The notes beneath the pieces were generated by a model. That model saw nothing but the letters and a program-made list of their open reading frames with translations. It did not search any database and was not told the origin of the DNA. From positions 277,127-341,126 of the forward strand of contig NIVC01000224.1 of NCBI GenBank assembly GCA_002269645.1: a DNA stretch of 64,000 nt, in the 5' to 3' direction. Origin of the DNA: Macrostomum lignano (taxonomy: Eukaryota). The first letter of the stretch is position 1, and each line of letters opens with the position of its first letter. Of this stretch, positions 37,781 to 50,541 are shown one piece after another. The translations under genes and the position numbers were made by a program.

Positions 37781-39251
37781 TTTTTCGCTGGCTACAATGA
37801 GCTGAAAACCAGGAAAAATCAATAGTTGTTGAGTTTCAAGCATCTCAACGAAGGAACGAGGCTAAGATTAGTTGAAGCGAATGGCTAGAATTATACTTAA
37901 AAAATTAAAAATAATAAAATAGCGTCGATCTCAGGTGAAGACTGAAGCGGTGAAGTAGATGTGGTGTTTACAGCGAAAGAGATGGTTTGCGCGAACATAA
38001 TAAGTTTGAATTATGTGACAGGAGATCAACCATAGACTGCCTTGTACAGAAATAATTATTGCATGAAGAACAAGGCTATTTTCTTTATATGCCACCTGAG
38101 AAAATTAGGTTACTCTAGCAAAATGATATGAAAGAAACTATCAGCAGGCAATGTTAGCTGCCTCCAACAGTGACGCTTGAAGTGGAATTAAAAACGTGAT
38201 TTACAAACCATGAAGTTATAATCTTTCCATGTAATTTTTTCTTACTTCAAATACAGTCTCACAGAAATCCATGGTGTTTCATAGGGGAGAAGGAAAACTA
38301 TATTATAAAGAAACCCTGTACTGTAAGAGACGCAAATATGCGAGTTTTCGGGCTACCCTGCTACTTTAACTGTAGAGATGCAAACAATGACTGTTAAAAT
38401 ATTTTAAACAGTTTATTAACTATGTCGTTAAACCTCGAATAACTACCGTGCAATCCTAATGTAAATTTTAGAGCTACTTTTAAACTTAAATTATTGATAC
38501 AACTATTGAGTATTGAAATTTGAGGGTAACAATTATTCTACCGTCTACCAGAAAATCACACTCATATCATAGTCATAGCTAAACTAAGAACTCTTAATTA
38601 GTCATTCTCCTAATAAAAGCCATAAATGTAAAATATGGATATGGAAGGATACGTGAAATAAAAGTATTTATATGATTGAACTTGATTCGTAGCTATAAAA
38701 AAACAACAATTTTTAGTCAAAGTTAAAATTTCCCTGTACGCAGAAGAAACAACCCACACATAGAATTTTTGACTGTAAGTTTTCTATATTTATTTTTATT
38801 AATTAAAATACTTAATTATTTAAGCTACGGAATTTTACTTAAAATATGCAAAACATTCTTATTTGCTTTGTTTAACTATTAATAACCCAATAAAAGAATC
38901 GAAGTAGTAAAAGTCTGCCCCAATGTAAATAATTTACTCAAAGCCTGTATTTAAAGAGAAAAAAAGTAATATTTTCACTTTAGAGGACTGTCTGAAACTG
39001 TCTCTTTTTAAACAAAGTCCCTACAACTCTTCTGTGTAAAAAACATATTTCCGAGTTTTATAAATAACGTACCTAATGTCTTAACGACCTACGGAATTTG
39101 GTTAACGCTGAATCACTACACGATTATTTTTTTGTGTAGCAAAGCTAGCACGTTACTTTCTTATTACGAAGGTGTAACTCTCTATACTCTTCAATAATCT
39201 GCTCATTTTTATTTGATTGACAAATACTTAAAAAGGCATTTCAGCGCCAAA

Positions 39252-39371
39252 ATGAATGTTGGACCACAAGCTAGGCCTATGAATCTTGCTTTTGATGAGT
39301 ATGGACGTCCATTCATTATTGTGAAAGATCAGGAAAGGCAAAAACGTCTTACTGGCATTGATGCTCATAAG
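39252..39371 (+). CDS. CCT5: T-complex protein 1 epsilon, exon 1
   Basis: [40 protein letters not shown]|gtatgt. [10 protein letters not shown] is the CCT5 N-terminal signature. Confidence 0.95.
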
Positions 39372-42300
39372 GTATGTTAGCTTGTTAAGCATAACCTATT
39401 TATTGAAACTAGTTTATATACTTATTTAAAGTAAACTTATATACTATTAGAAAATGTTTGCCAAAAAACATAAGACAGACAGAGAGTATGCCCACATTTT
39501 TTATTAAAAAAAAACAAAAGAAATTATGTACTAAGCTAAGGACGTCAATATATATGATTTTATTATGCAATAAATATATTAGGTTCCCTTTTAAGTGCAA
39601 ATTATTAAATAAAAAACTTTTTCTAGTTTTTTGAAATACAATATAATAGCAATGTATATACTTATAATTATAGTTGCAGGTTATTTTGTCTATTGTCAGT
39701 TATTTGTTGGAGGTCTATACTCTATGGTAAGGTGGACAGTTTGTTTGCTCTTGTATAAAATGAAAACAATTTTATACAAGAGCAGACAATAAAGGGATAA
39801 AATAAAAAATTAGATATATATAAAAGTATAAAATTAGTAAAAGTATAAATGCATATATTGGTGCAAAACCAATATTTGTTAGAAATAAGCATATATTTTT
39901 TATCATTTAGACTTAGTGCTATTTTTATTAAGATAAAAGTATTAAGTTTGAATGCTTGTTTTAGTAGAAAGGTTGGGCAAAGGTTATGTTGCCAAAAAGT
40001 ATATTACATAAAAGTTGCAAAATTTTGTAAATTGAAATGCATTTTGTACCAGTAAAAGTGGAGTCTAATCTAAAAGTCTGAAGTTCACAAAGTCTATGAA
40101 TCAAATAAATTCATCTAAGAAGCCTCATTTAGAAGCTCTTACAATAAAGCTACTACAACATTGCAATAGAGCTATTGCAGTTAGCTTGCCCATTGCATAT
40201 AATTGCCAAGCTTCCTGCAATATAGCTGTAAAGTTCTGGCTAAAGACTATCATTGTGCTAGTAGCAGTGCTATATGCTACAATTACAAGTCAAACAGCTG
40301 CATCTGTGTTGCTAGCATATCTAATAGTAGGAAAAAGTTGGTGTTGCTTGTTTATTGTTTTCCCAACTTTGCATGTTAGGATTTAGCAATGTTGCTAGTC
40401 CAGTTGTACTGCATAAATATGGATGGTTATCAGTGCTCAAGATAGCTACAGGCAGATAAGGTAAAGCCATTAGCTTCTAGTAGAAAATATAGGTTGTCTG
40501 GTTAGTTGCATATGTAGAGATAAGTCCTAGATTTCCAATGCAGTAATAGACAGCCTAAGAGTAATAGAAGATGCAGTCTTAGATGAGCACTTTAAGGAGT
40601 AGTTTGCATAGTGCCATCTATACTGTTGTCTCAAAATCAATAAGTATGTCATTGCCATTATTAGGCATTACTGACTTAAGCATTGGTACCATCAGTAATG
40701 CTAGCAGCATTGACAGCCTAGCCCTAGCAATGTTAGCAACATTGGCAGTTGCAGCATTGGTAATATTGGCAGCTACAACATTGGCAGCATTAGTAGTATC
40801 AGCAGTTGCAGCATTGGCAACATCAGCAATACTAGCAGCATTGGCTACCTTGGCAGTGCTAGCAGCATTGGTAGCACTAGTAGCATTGGTAATGTTAGCA
40901 GTATTGGTAGTTGCAGCATTAGTAGTACAAGTAGCATCAACAATATTGGCAGCATCAGCAATGCTAGCAGCGTCAGCAGTGCTAGTAGTATTAGCAGCTG
41001 CAGTGTTGGTAGCAGGACCTTAGCACTTGCTGCAGAACTAATCAAAACTGATGAGTTTTGCCAAGTATGCCTATTCTTCAGTGGATACACCTGGTGTGCA
41101 ATAGACTATGCCTTTTAATTGGCAGTTCATAGCATGGGATGAATAAACATATAATTTCTATGTATAGTATTAGAAATATTATGAAATATTAAAAATATTG
41201 TAACTTTTTTTTGTTTAAATCACAGCAAGAGAACCTTTAAATCTAGAAGCAGCCAGCAAAAGAGGAGTCAACTTGTTCTTTTGTTTGCTTCTGCATTAAA
41301 AAGCTTAAGCAATACTTCTGTCTAGGTTATTAAGGAGCATTGAAAGCCCTAAGATTGGGAGAATTCACTCCAATCTCAGAGAATAAGACCTATAGATTTA
41401 TAATCTAGGAAATTGCCTTAGAAGATAGAACATCTACCCAAGGGTAAGAACTCCAGTCCTAAGATCTAAGATATTTGCCTAAAGGCAGTCAACTTCCAGA
41501 GTGTAAGCTAGGACCCTCTGATCCCTATGCTACACTATTATAACTTCCTGGGAATTCTCTCAATTCTCTCAATTGCAGTGTATATGATCCCTTTTAGAAG
41601 AATAATTAGAAGTATAGAAATAGGGTTTAATGCCAATAGACTGTTATGGCCAAGAAATAAAACATATTACCAATAGATAAGTACATATACTATAGTAGAT
41701 AAGTACATATGCTACCAATATAATGTACATTTATAGGCTACCAGTAATATCTGTGTACATGAAATATTAGTAAAGTATATTTAGTAATAGGAACATTAGG
41801 AAATTGTAGCAGCTTGGTGGTAGCAACAAAATTATAGTAGAGGAAACAGCCCTAGCACAACTTTGGTGATAGTTTTCAAGATTATTATAGACAGAAAACA
41901 CTATTATAACTTTTGGTAATAGCAATTAAGATTTAGAAAAAAGAAGTTAGCCCCTTTGACATGTATAACATATTTATATATATATATGTAGGATTAATCT
42001 GTTTTTTTTAAAAACCTGTTTCTTTCTTTTTTAGAATGTCTATACTACAGTATGGTTTTTTGACTTGGGGTTAAGACTTTATTGAACTCTGTTAATATCA
42101 GCATAAATATATCCATTCTTATCATTCCATAAGAATTCTGGCTACCTTTAGTTGCATATTATAAGCTGATTAAATGTTTTGCGTGATCAAGGTTGGAGCA
42201 TTTTCTTATTATAAAATAAGTGACTACAATCTATTTATGACACTAGATTGATGAAAATTGCTAAAGTAAAGTTGAGAATCACCCAGGTAACAAAGCAAGT

Positions 42301-42634
42301 CATATGCATATTTTGTTTTATCTTTTAACTAGATAAATTTCAATTCTATCTTTAAATTGATAGACCAAAAGTATATTATTATAACTGATAATATAAGAAT
42401 TTTTATATAATGATATATAATAAAATAAATAAAATAGAAACAGTATAATAGCTATTGTATATGCATTATTAAAATGATTAAGTTTTTAATAATTAATGTA
42501 ATTATATCTAATATCCATTTGTTCAATCCTAATAAATGTTTTACAAGTATCAGTTCTATAAATGTTTATATAGTCAGTTTTTTTAAATCCTAACTTTTTA
42601 TAAATTAACCTGTACTAAATAAACAAAATTTTAG

Positions 42635-42851
42635 TCGCACATCCTGGCAGCCAAGTCTGTTGCCAATTGTCTGCGAACATCCCTAGGCCCAAAAGGCCTG
42701 GACAAACTGATGGTCAGTCCAGATGGCGACCTTACTGTTACCAACGATGGCAGAACTATTTTAGAGAAGATGGACGTCGATCATGAGATTGCTAAGCTGA
42801 TGGTGCAGCTCAGCAAATCTCAGGATGACGAGATTGGCGATGGTACCACTG
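42635..42851 (+). CDS. CCT5: CCT5 exon 2
   Basis: [24 protein letters not shown]...[10 protein letters not shown]; |gtgagt. Confidence 0.96.
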
Positions 42852-42904
42852 GTGAGTCGGTCTGCTTTTTAGTGGAGAAGATCTGCTTAAATATTGCTCT
42901 CAGA

Positions 42905-43370
42905 TTAGGAGGGTGAGATTCTCATCCCAGTCTTATCTCTAAGAGGTTTAGATTCTCATTCCAGTCTCATCTCTAGAGGGTGAGATTCTCATTCCAGTCT
43001 CATCTCTAGAGGGTGAGTTTCTCATTCCAGTCTCATCTCTAGAGGGTGAGTTTCTCATTCCAGTCTCATCTCTAGAGGTTTAGATTCTTATTCTAGTCTC
43101 ATCTCTAAGAGGATTAGATTCTTATTCCATTCTCATCTCCAGAGGGTGAGATTCTCATACCAGTCTCATCTCTAGAGGGTGAGATTCTTATTCCAGTTTT
43201 ATCTCTAAAGGGTAAGATTCTCATTCCAGTCTCATTTCTAGCTTAAGGGGTGAGATTCTCATTCCAGTATTATCTCTAGAGGGTGAGATTCTGATTGTAG
43301 TCTCGGCTCTTGGTATGGTTCTCTTTTCAATCTTAACCCATTATAGGGTGAGATTCTCATCATGGTCTGA
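42905..43370. repeat. 33-bp minisatellite (CCT5 intron 2)
   Basis: Unit gagggtgagattctcattccagtctcatctcta. Confidence 0.9.
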
Positions 43371-43467
43371 ATTGGATACTTTAATATGATTATAGTATAA
43401 TAATTATAGTACAGTTAAGCAAGTCAGTGGGATGGAAGATTCTCATAAGCCTTTCAACCTGCCGCAG

Positions 43468-44176
43468 GCGTGGTGGTCTTGGCCGGAGCCCTGCTGGAAC
43501 AAGCTGATGTACTGCTAGACAAGGGCATTCACGCTACACGAATCGCCGAAGGCTACGAGCAAGCCGCCGCCATTGCTATTCGTCATCTGGAGTCCATCGC
43601 TGACAAGTTCGAGTTTAGCCGCGATAATAAAGAGCCACTGATCGAGACCGCCATGACCACCCTGGGCTCGAAGATTATCAACCGGTTGCACCGGAAGTTC
43701 GCCGAGATCGCTGTCGACGCTGTCCTATCCGTGGCCGACTTTGAGCGCAAAGATGTCGACTTTGAATTGATCAAAGTTGAAGGCAAAGTTGGCGGCAAAC
43801 TGGAAGATTCTATGCTAATCCGAGGGGTCTTGGTGGACAAAGACATGTCCCATCCGCAGATGCCCAAGCGCGTGTCCGATGCTCGCATTGCCATCCTGAC
43901 CTGCCCGTTTGAGCCGCCAAAGCCCAAGACTAAGCATTCGCTTCTGGTGCAAACTGTTGAAGACTATGAGAAATTGCGCGAGTATGAACACAATAAATTT
44001 GAAGAGATGGTCGACCAGGTGAAGGCTACTGGCGCTAATCTGGTTATCTGTCAGTGGGGCTTCGACGATGAGGCCAACCATCTGCTGTTGCACAAGCAGC
44101 TGCCCGCCGTTCGCTGGGTTGGCGGCCCAGAGATTGAACTTATTGCTATTGCAACTGGCGGCAGGATTGTGCCCAG
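43468..44176 (+). CDS. CCT5: CCT5 exon 3
   Basis: [13 protein letters not shown]...[15 protein letters not shown]...[13 protein letters not shown]...[23 protein letters not shown]. Confidence 0.97.
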
Positions 44177-44214
44177 GTCAGTTTGGGGGAGAAGATTTGA
44201 TGGTTATGGTTGAT

Positions 44215-44830
44215 CGGCCCGCTACCTCACTTATAATTGGACTGATCCGCCCCCTACCTCACTTATTATTGGATTGATCCGCCCCCTACCTCACTTATTA
44301 TTGGATTGATCCGCCCCCTACCTCACTTATTATTGGATTGATCCGCCCCCTACCTCACTTATTATTGGATTGATCCGCCCCCTACCTCACTTATTATTGG
44401 ATTGATCCGCCCCCTACCTCACTTATTATTGGACTGATCCGCCCCCTACCTCACTTATTATTGGACTGATCCGCCCCCTACCTCACTTATTATTGGACTG
44501 ATCCGCCCCCTACTTCACTTATTATTGGACTGATCCGCCCCCTACCTCACTTATTATTGGACTGATCCGCCCCTTACCTCACTTATTATTGGACTGATCC
44601 ACCCCCTACTTCACTTATTATTGGATTGATCCGCCCCCTTATTCACTTATAATTGGACTGATCCGCCCCCTACCTCACTTATTATTGGACTGATCCACCC
44701 CCTACTTCACTTATTATTGGATTGATCCGCCCCCTTATTCACTTATGAATTTGACTGATCCGCCTCCTACCCCACTTATAATTTGATTGATCCGCCCCCT
44801 ACCTCGCTAATCTAATCCGCCCTCTACTTA
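44215..44830. repeat. 32-bp minisatellite (CCT5 intron 3)
   Basis: Unit gatccgccccctacctcacttattattggatt. Confidence 0.94.
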
Positions 44831-44906
44831 AACTAATGCACCCCTACTCATTGGACTCATCCGCTCCCTATTTCACAAATCCGCCCCCCGGTCACCGCCC
44901 CCGCAG

Positions 44907-45171
44907 ATTCGAGGAGCTGACAGCGGAGAAGCTGGGCCGGGCCGGCTTGGTCCGCGAGTTAAGCTTCGGCACCACTCGCGAGCGCATGCTGGTTATCGAA
45001 GAGTGCGCTAATAGTCGAGCTGTCACAATCTTCATTCGCGGCGGCAATAGTATGATTGTTGAGGAGGCTAAGCGCTCGGTTCACGACGCTCTGTGCGTTG
45101 TTCGCAATCTGGTGCGCGATTCTCGCATCGTGTACGGTGGCGGTGCCGCTGAGCTGGCCTGCTCACAGAAG
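44907..45171 (+). CDS. CCT5: CCT5 exon 4
   Basis: [20 protein letters not shown]...[37 protein letters not shown]. Confidence 0.96.
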
Positions 45172-45214
45172 GTGGGCTTGTTGATTGCTTTTCTTTATTT
45201 AATATAGTCAGATA

Positions 45215-46230
45215 TAAATCCCTAATTTGGGATCTGAATCTCTGATTTGGGATCTGAATCCCTAATTTGGGATCTGAATCCCTAATTTGGGATCTGAATC
45301 CCTGATTTATGATTTGAATCTCTGATTTGGGATTTGAATTTCTAAATCCCTAATTTGGGATTTCGGATTTGAATCTCTGATTTGGGATCTGAATTTCTGA
45401 TTTGGAATCTGAATCCCTGATTTGGGATCTGAATCCCTGATTTGGGATTTGAATCCCTGATTTGGGATCCTAATTTCTGATTTGGGACCCGAATCTTTGA
45501 TTTTTGGGATCCGAATCCCTGATTTTTGGGATCCGAATCTCTGATTTTTGGGATCCGAATCCCAGATTTTTGGTATCCGAATCTCTGATTTTTGGGATCC
45601 GAATCTCTGATTTTTGGGATCCGAATCCCAGATTTTTGGTATCCGAATCTCTGATTTTTGGGATCCGAATCTCTGATTTTTGGGATCCGAATCTCTGATT
45701 TTTGGGATCCGGATCCCTGATTTTTGGTATCCGAATCTCTGATTTTTGGGATCTGAATCCCTAATTTGGGATTTGAATCTCTGATTTGGGATTTGAATTT
45801 CTAAATCCCTAATTTGGGATTTCGGATTTGAATCTCTGATTTGGGATCTGAATTTCTGATTTGGGATCTGAATCCCTGATTTGGGATTTGAATCCCTGAT
45901 TTGGGATTTGAATCCCTGATTTGGGATCCTAATTTCTGATTTGGGACCTGAATCTTTGATTTTTGGGATCCGAATCCCTGATTTTTGGGATCCGAATCTC
46001 TGATTTTTGGGATCTGAATCCCTGATTTTGGGATCCGAATCTCTGATTTTTGGGATCTGAATCCCTGATTTTGGGATCCGAATCTCAGATTTTTGGGATC
46101 CGAATCTCAGATTTTTGGGATCTGAATCCCTGATTTTGGGATCCGCATATGATTTTTGGGATCTGAATCCCTGATTTGAAATTAGATCCCTAATTTCTGA
46201 TTCAGGATTTGAATCTCTGAAAGAGACTGG
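45215..46230. repeat. ~20-22 bp minisatellite with a ~459-bp internal duplication (CCT5 intron 4)
   Basis: Unit gggatc(t/c)gaatc(c/t)ctgattt(tt); marker tctaaatccc at 45341 and 45800. Confidence 0.92.
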
Positions 46231-46389
46231 ATCTGGGATTGGGATCTAAATTTGTGACTTTAATTCACTGAATCTGGGATTTGGAACGGATGATACTGAA
46301 TCAATTTTAAAGTACTGGAATTCCTATATTGTTACTCTACTTGAAGTACTATCTATATACAAACAAAAAGTTTTGCCAAATCTGCGCAG

Positions 46390-46611
46390 GTGATGCAAGT
46401 GGCCGACACGGAGACCCCTGGCCTGGAGCAGTACGCCATGCGGGCCTTCGCCGAAGCCTGCGAGTCCATCGTACTGGCTCTGGCTGACAATTCCGGCTTC
46501 GGGCCAATTGAAACTCTGGGCGAATTGAAGGCTCGCCACGCTACGGAGGACAACCCTAGGCTTGGTGTGGACTGCCTGCAGCGCGGCACTTGCGATATGC
46601 GAGAGCAGAAG
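46390..46611 (+). CDS. CCT5: CCT5 exon 5
   Basis: LEQYAMRAFAEA...LGVDCLQRGTCDMREQK|gtaact. Confidence 0.95.
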
Positions 46612-46679
46612 GTAACTGGCTGGCTGGTTAAGGCTGTTCCTTGACTCAGTGATCCCTGTTCCCTGTTTTTCTTTATCTC

Positions 46680-47090
46680 AACTCTTTTCCTTACCCTCAC
46701 CTTCCCTCACCATCTATCCACTTCTTCCCTTCTTCGTTACCCTCTCACTTAACCTCTCGCTTTCTACCTCTGCCTCACCTTCTCCCTCCCTCGCTCCCAC
46801 CCTCTCTCTGCCTCCCTCATTCTCCCCCTCCCTCACTCCCTCTCCCCCTCCCTCACTCTCAGTCTCACCCTCTCTCCCTCTCTCACCCTCTCCCTCTTCT
46901 CCCTCCCTCTCACCCTCTCCCTCTTCTCCCTCCCTCACCCCTCCCCTCCTTCACTTCCAGCCTCTATCTGCCTCCCTCACTCCCTCTCCCCCTCCCTCAC
47001 TCTCAGTCTCCCTCTTCTCCCTCCCTCACTGTCACCATCTCCCTCTTCCTGACTCACTCTCTCTCACCCACCATCTCACCATCTTCGTAT
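46680..47090. repeat. CT-rich low-complexity tract (CCT5 intron 5)
   Basis: Polypyrimidine tract. Confidence 0.85.
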
Positions 47091-47209
47091 GCTTCATATA
47101 TAAAGTTAATTAAAATACAGTGCCGCCAAAAAGTTGATTTGTTTGTGCTCTCAAACAAACGAACACAAAATTTAATCCTACAATTAAAAATAACCAACAC
47201 AATCCGCAG

Positions 47210-47338
47210 GTAATCGAGACGCTGAGCAGCAAACGTGCTCAGATTATGCTGGCCGTACAGCTGTGCAAGATGATTCTAAAAATTGACGACATCCGTGCTA
47301 TGGAGGACAAGCAAGAGTACAGCTATCCTATGGGCTAA
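47210..47338 (+). CDS. CCT5: CCT5 exon 6 with stop
   Basis: ccgcag|VIETLSSKRAQIMLAVQLCKMILKIDDIR...TAA. The six exons total 1662 nt. Confidence 0.95.
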   Translation, partial: VIETLSSKRAQIMLAVQLCKMILKIDDIRAMEDKQEYSYPMG

Positions 47339-47874
47339 TTGGATTGATTTGAGCTAGGGCAAATTCTGATATACTACTTACTACTACTACTTTTAATAAG
47401 TTTTTGTTTACAATAATTAATATTTTGCTTTTAAACAGTGCCGCCATCTTGACTAAGTGGTATGTTGTTAAACCGTGTTGCTAAGGCATCCCCTGTCCTC
47501 ACAATACTAGCTTGAAAAGTAGCCTTGTTGTTTCATTGTTAGTTATGAGCAGAATAGGGCAAGTCTTAAAGAATATTGAGCAGCTAGATTGAAGGCTAAA
47601 GAATGCAAAATTAACATCTCTGCTATTAATTATTACTTACTCAGTAGTAGCTACAAAATCCACATAAAAATAAATGAATAAATCAAACGTCTCGTCAGCT
47701 TTTTTACTATCTTCAGCTATCCTCCTTTTTGACTTGGATCAAAATTGTTTGACTTTGATTTATTGTGCTATATATTTCTGTATTCTGTATTCTATATTTT
47801 TGTACCCTGAGCATATCTGAGTTCTGAGTAATTATGATACCTAGATATGGACCACTAAAAGCTAGCTAAACCAT

Positions 47875-48455
47875 TTGGCTCCTAGCTATGACCCATTTAG
47901 CTCCTAGCTATGACCCATTTAGCTCCTAGCTATGACACATTTAGCTCCTAGCTATGACCCATTTAGCTCCTAGCTATGACCCATTTAGCTCCTAGCTATG
48001 ACCTATTTAGCTCCTAGCTATGACACATTTAGCTCCTAGCTATGACCCATTTAGCTCCTAGCTATGACCCATTTAGCTCCTAGCTATGAACCATTTAGCT
48101 CCTAGCTATGACCTATTTAGCTCCTAGCTATGAACCATTTAGCCCCTAGCTATAAACCATTTAGCTCCTAGCTATGACCTATTTAGCTCCTAGCTATGAC
48201 CCATTTAGTTCCTAGCTATGACCTATTTAGCTCCTAGCTATGAACCATTTAGCTCTTAGCTATAAACCATTTAGCTCCTAGCTATGACCTATTTAGCTCC
48301 TAGCTATGACCCATTTAGTTCCTAGCTATGACCCATTTAGCTCCTAGCTATGACCAATTAACTCCTAGCTATGAACCATTTAGCTCCTAGCTTTGACCTA
48401 TTTAGCTCCTAATTACAAATAATCGAAATCCTGGCTATGACCCATTTAGCTACTA
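47875..48455. repeat. 22-bp minisatellite between CCT5 and GET4
   Basis: Unit acccatttagctcctagctatg. Confidence 0.95.
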
Positions 48456-48657
48456 GCAGTAGCTTATCTAACTCGTCAAAAACTAATAGCCGTGACCCAA
48501 CCCTGGGCTGCAAATTGTTTTGCTCTATTAAGTAGTAAAAATGTTGCTACAAATTTCGATCAACAAATTTCTTCTGGCGTTTGTGAATAATTGTGAAACT
48601 CACTCAAAATCTTAACGAGATAATCAAATTAGAAGAAGACAGCTGCCAACAGCTTAC

Positions 48658-48980
48658 ATGACTCTGCGACTGCAGGCCAGACTGGCTGATGCCCTGGCTT
48701 CGGGTGAATTTTATGAAGCTCAGCAGCTTTACAGGACGCTCAGTTTCAGATTGACAGCTCGCGGCCAATATGACGAAGCGGCCAGTCTGCTGTACAACGG
48801 CGCCACAGCTTTACTAAACGAAGGTCTGCATGAAAGTGGCGGCGATCTGGCCTGCCAGATGGTGGCAGCGCAGGCCAAATCCACTGCCGAGCCGCCTAGC
48901 GTAGAGTTTGTCAGCCGGGTGTCCGCTCTGTGCAGACTGATGAAGCCGGGCTCGCCAGAGAGGGAAATGCTCACTGCTAA
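48658..48980 (+). CDS. GET4: Golgi-to-ER traffic protein 4 (TRC35), exon 1
   Basis: SGEFYEAQQLYRTLSFR...A.SLLY.GA..LL..G...SGGDL ~ human KGDYYEAHQMYRTLFFR...ARELMYSGA. AA|gtgagt, phase 2. Confidence 0.9.
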
Positions 48981-49034
48981 GTGAGTAGTATTGTTGATTT
49001 CTGATTCTGCTAAAATAGGTTCTGTCACACTTTG

Positions 49035-49650
49035 ATCATCTCTGACCCATTATCATCATCTTATGACCCACTATGCTAGTCATCTCATGACCCATTATTA
49101 TCATCTTATGACCCACTATGCTAGTCATCTCATGACCCATTATTATCATCTCATGACTCACTATGATAGTCATCTCATGACCCACTATGATAGTCATCTC
49201 ATGACCCTCTATGAGAATCATCTCATGACCCACTATGATAGTCATCTTATGACCCGCTATGATAGCCATCTCATGAACCGCCATGATAATCATCTCATGA
49301 CCTACTTTGATAGTCATCTCATGACCCTCTATGATAATCATCTCATGACCCACTATGATAGTCATCTTATGACCCGCTATGATAGTCATCTCATGAACCG
49401 CCATGATAATCATCTCATGACCTACTTTGATAATCATCTCATGAACCGCCATGATAATCATCTCATGACCTACTTTGATAATCATCTCATGACCCACTAT
49501 GATAGTCATCTCATGAACCGCCATGATAATCATCTCATGACCTACTTTGATAGTCATCTCATGACCCACAATGATAGTCATCTCATGAACCGCCATGATA
49601 ATCATCTCATGACCCACTATGGTAGTCATCTCATGACCCACTATGATAGT
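49035..49650. repeat. 24-bp minisatellite (GET4 intron)
   Basis: Unit catctcatgacccactatgatagt. Confidence 0.94.
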
Positions 49651-49782
49651 CAACGAATCCCACTTGTAATTGTCAATCATTACCAAATCAACCACATTCG
49701 CATAACATTACAGTTACAAGTACATTGCATGCGACACTGTTTCCATAAGCTATAATCTGCATAATTCATTAATCCTACTCAG

Positions 49783-50422
49783 ATCCATCGAACTACTGAA
49801 GCCTCATCAAGAATTAAAGCAACAATTGCACCGAGAATTCGGCTTCAATTATTGGATTGAACGAAACTACAGCCTGTCCCAGTATCATTTTGTACGATCT
49901 AGCGATGCCGGCTATCATTTCGGTCGCATGCTAGTGGAGTACAGTGAGTTAGGTTACAAATCCGAGGTCGACTTGTTCCTTGCCCTCACCGTGTTGCAAT
50001 TGTTGTGCTTAAAAAAGCTATCGCCAGCATCCGTGTGCTTCTACACGTACACTCGACATCATCCGAGTCTGCTTAGGACTCAAGCGCCGCCTTATCCGTC
50101 AAATTATCCGTTGTTAAATTTCACCTGGCTATTATTAATGTCTATTCGTTCCAATTGGCCGCTGTCGTGTTTTCAATACCTGTGCCAGGTGTACAGGGCA
50201 CCGCTAGATCGGGATCCAATCTGTGGTGAATATCTCATCAAAATTAGTCAGCTTTTCTTCGGCGTACCAGCTGAGAAGACTGACCAGTCTGGTGGATTCT
50301 TTGGTAGTATTATGCGAATGCTCGCTACTGATGATGCGGCTCTGGATGCTGAGGATGCGGAGGGGTCGGATCCCGGCGCCAACCACAATGCTGTCTCGTT
50401 GAAGGCTGACGATATGGACTGA
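49783..50422 (+). CDS. GET4: GET4 exon 2 with stop
   Basis: ctactcag|A completes Lys; LHREFG...ERNYSLSQYHF...GYKSEVDLF...PLLNFTWLLL...YL.KISQLFFGV. Total 963 nt. Confidence 0.9.
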
Positions 50423-50541
50423 GTGCGAATGCCTAGTTGAACTTGCGCTGTTTAGTTGCTTGGATTCCTTTCTGGGTGAATGCTTGTTTTATAGTTTATT
50501 CTTGACAATACCTCGTATTTCATCTTTGTTGTTTACTCAAA

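Noticed and set aside
40583-41023. 146-aa hydrophobic plus-strand ORF resembling a membrane protein
   Set aside because: It is the opposite-strand reading of the low-complexity Ala/Thr/Asn element inside CCT5 intron 1.
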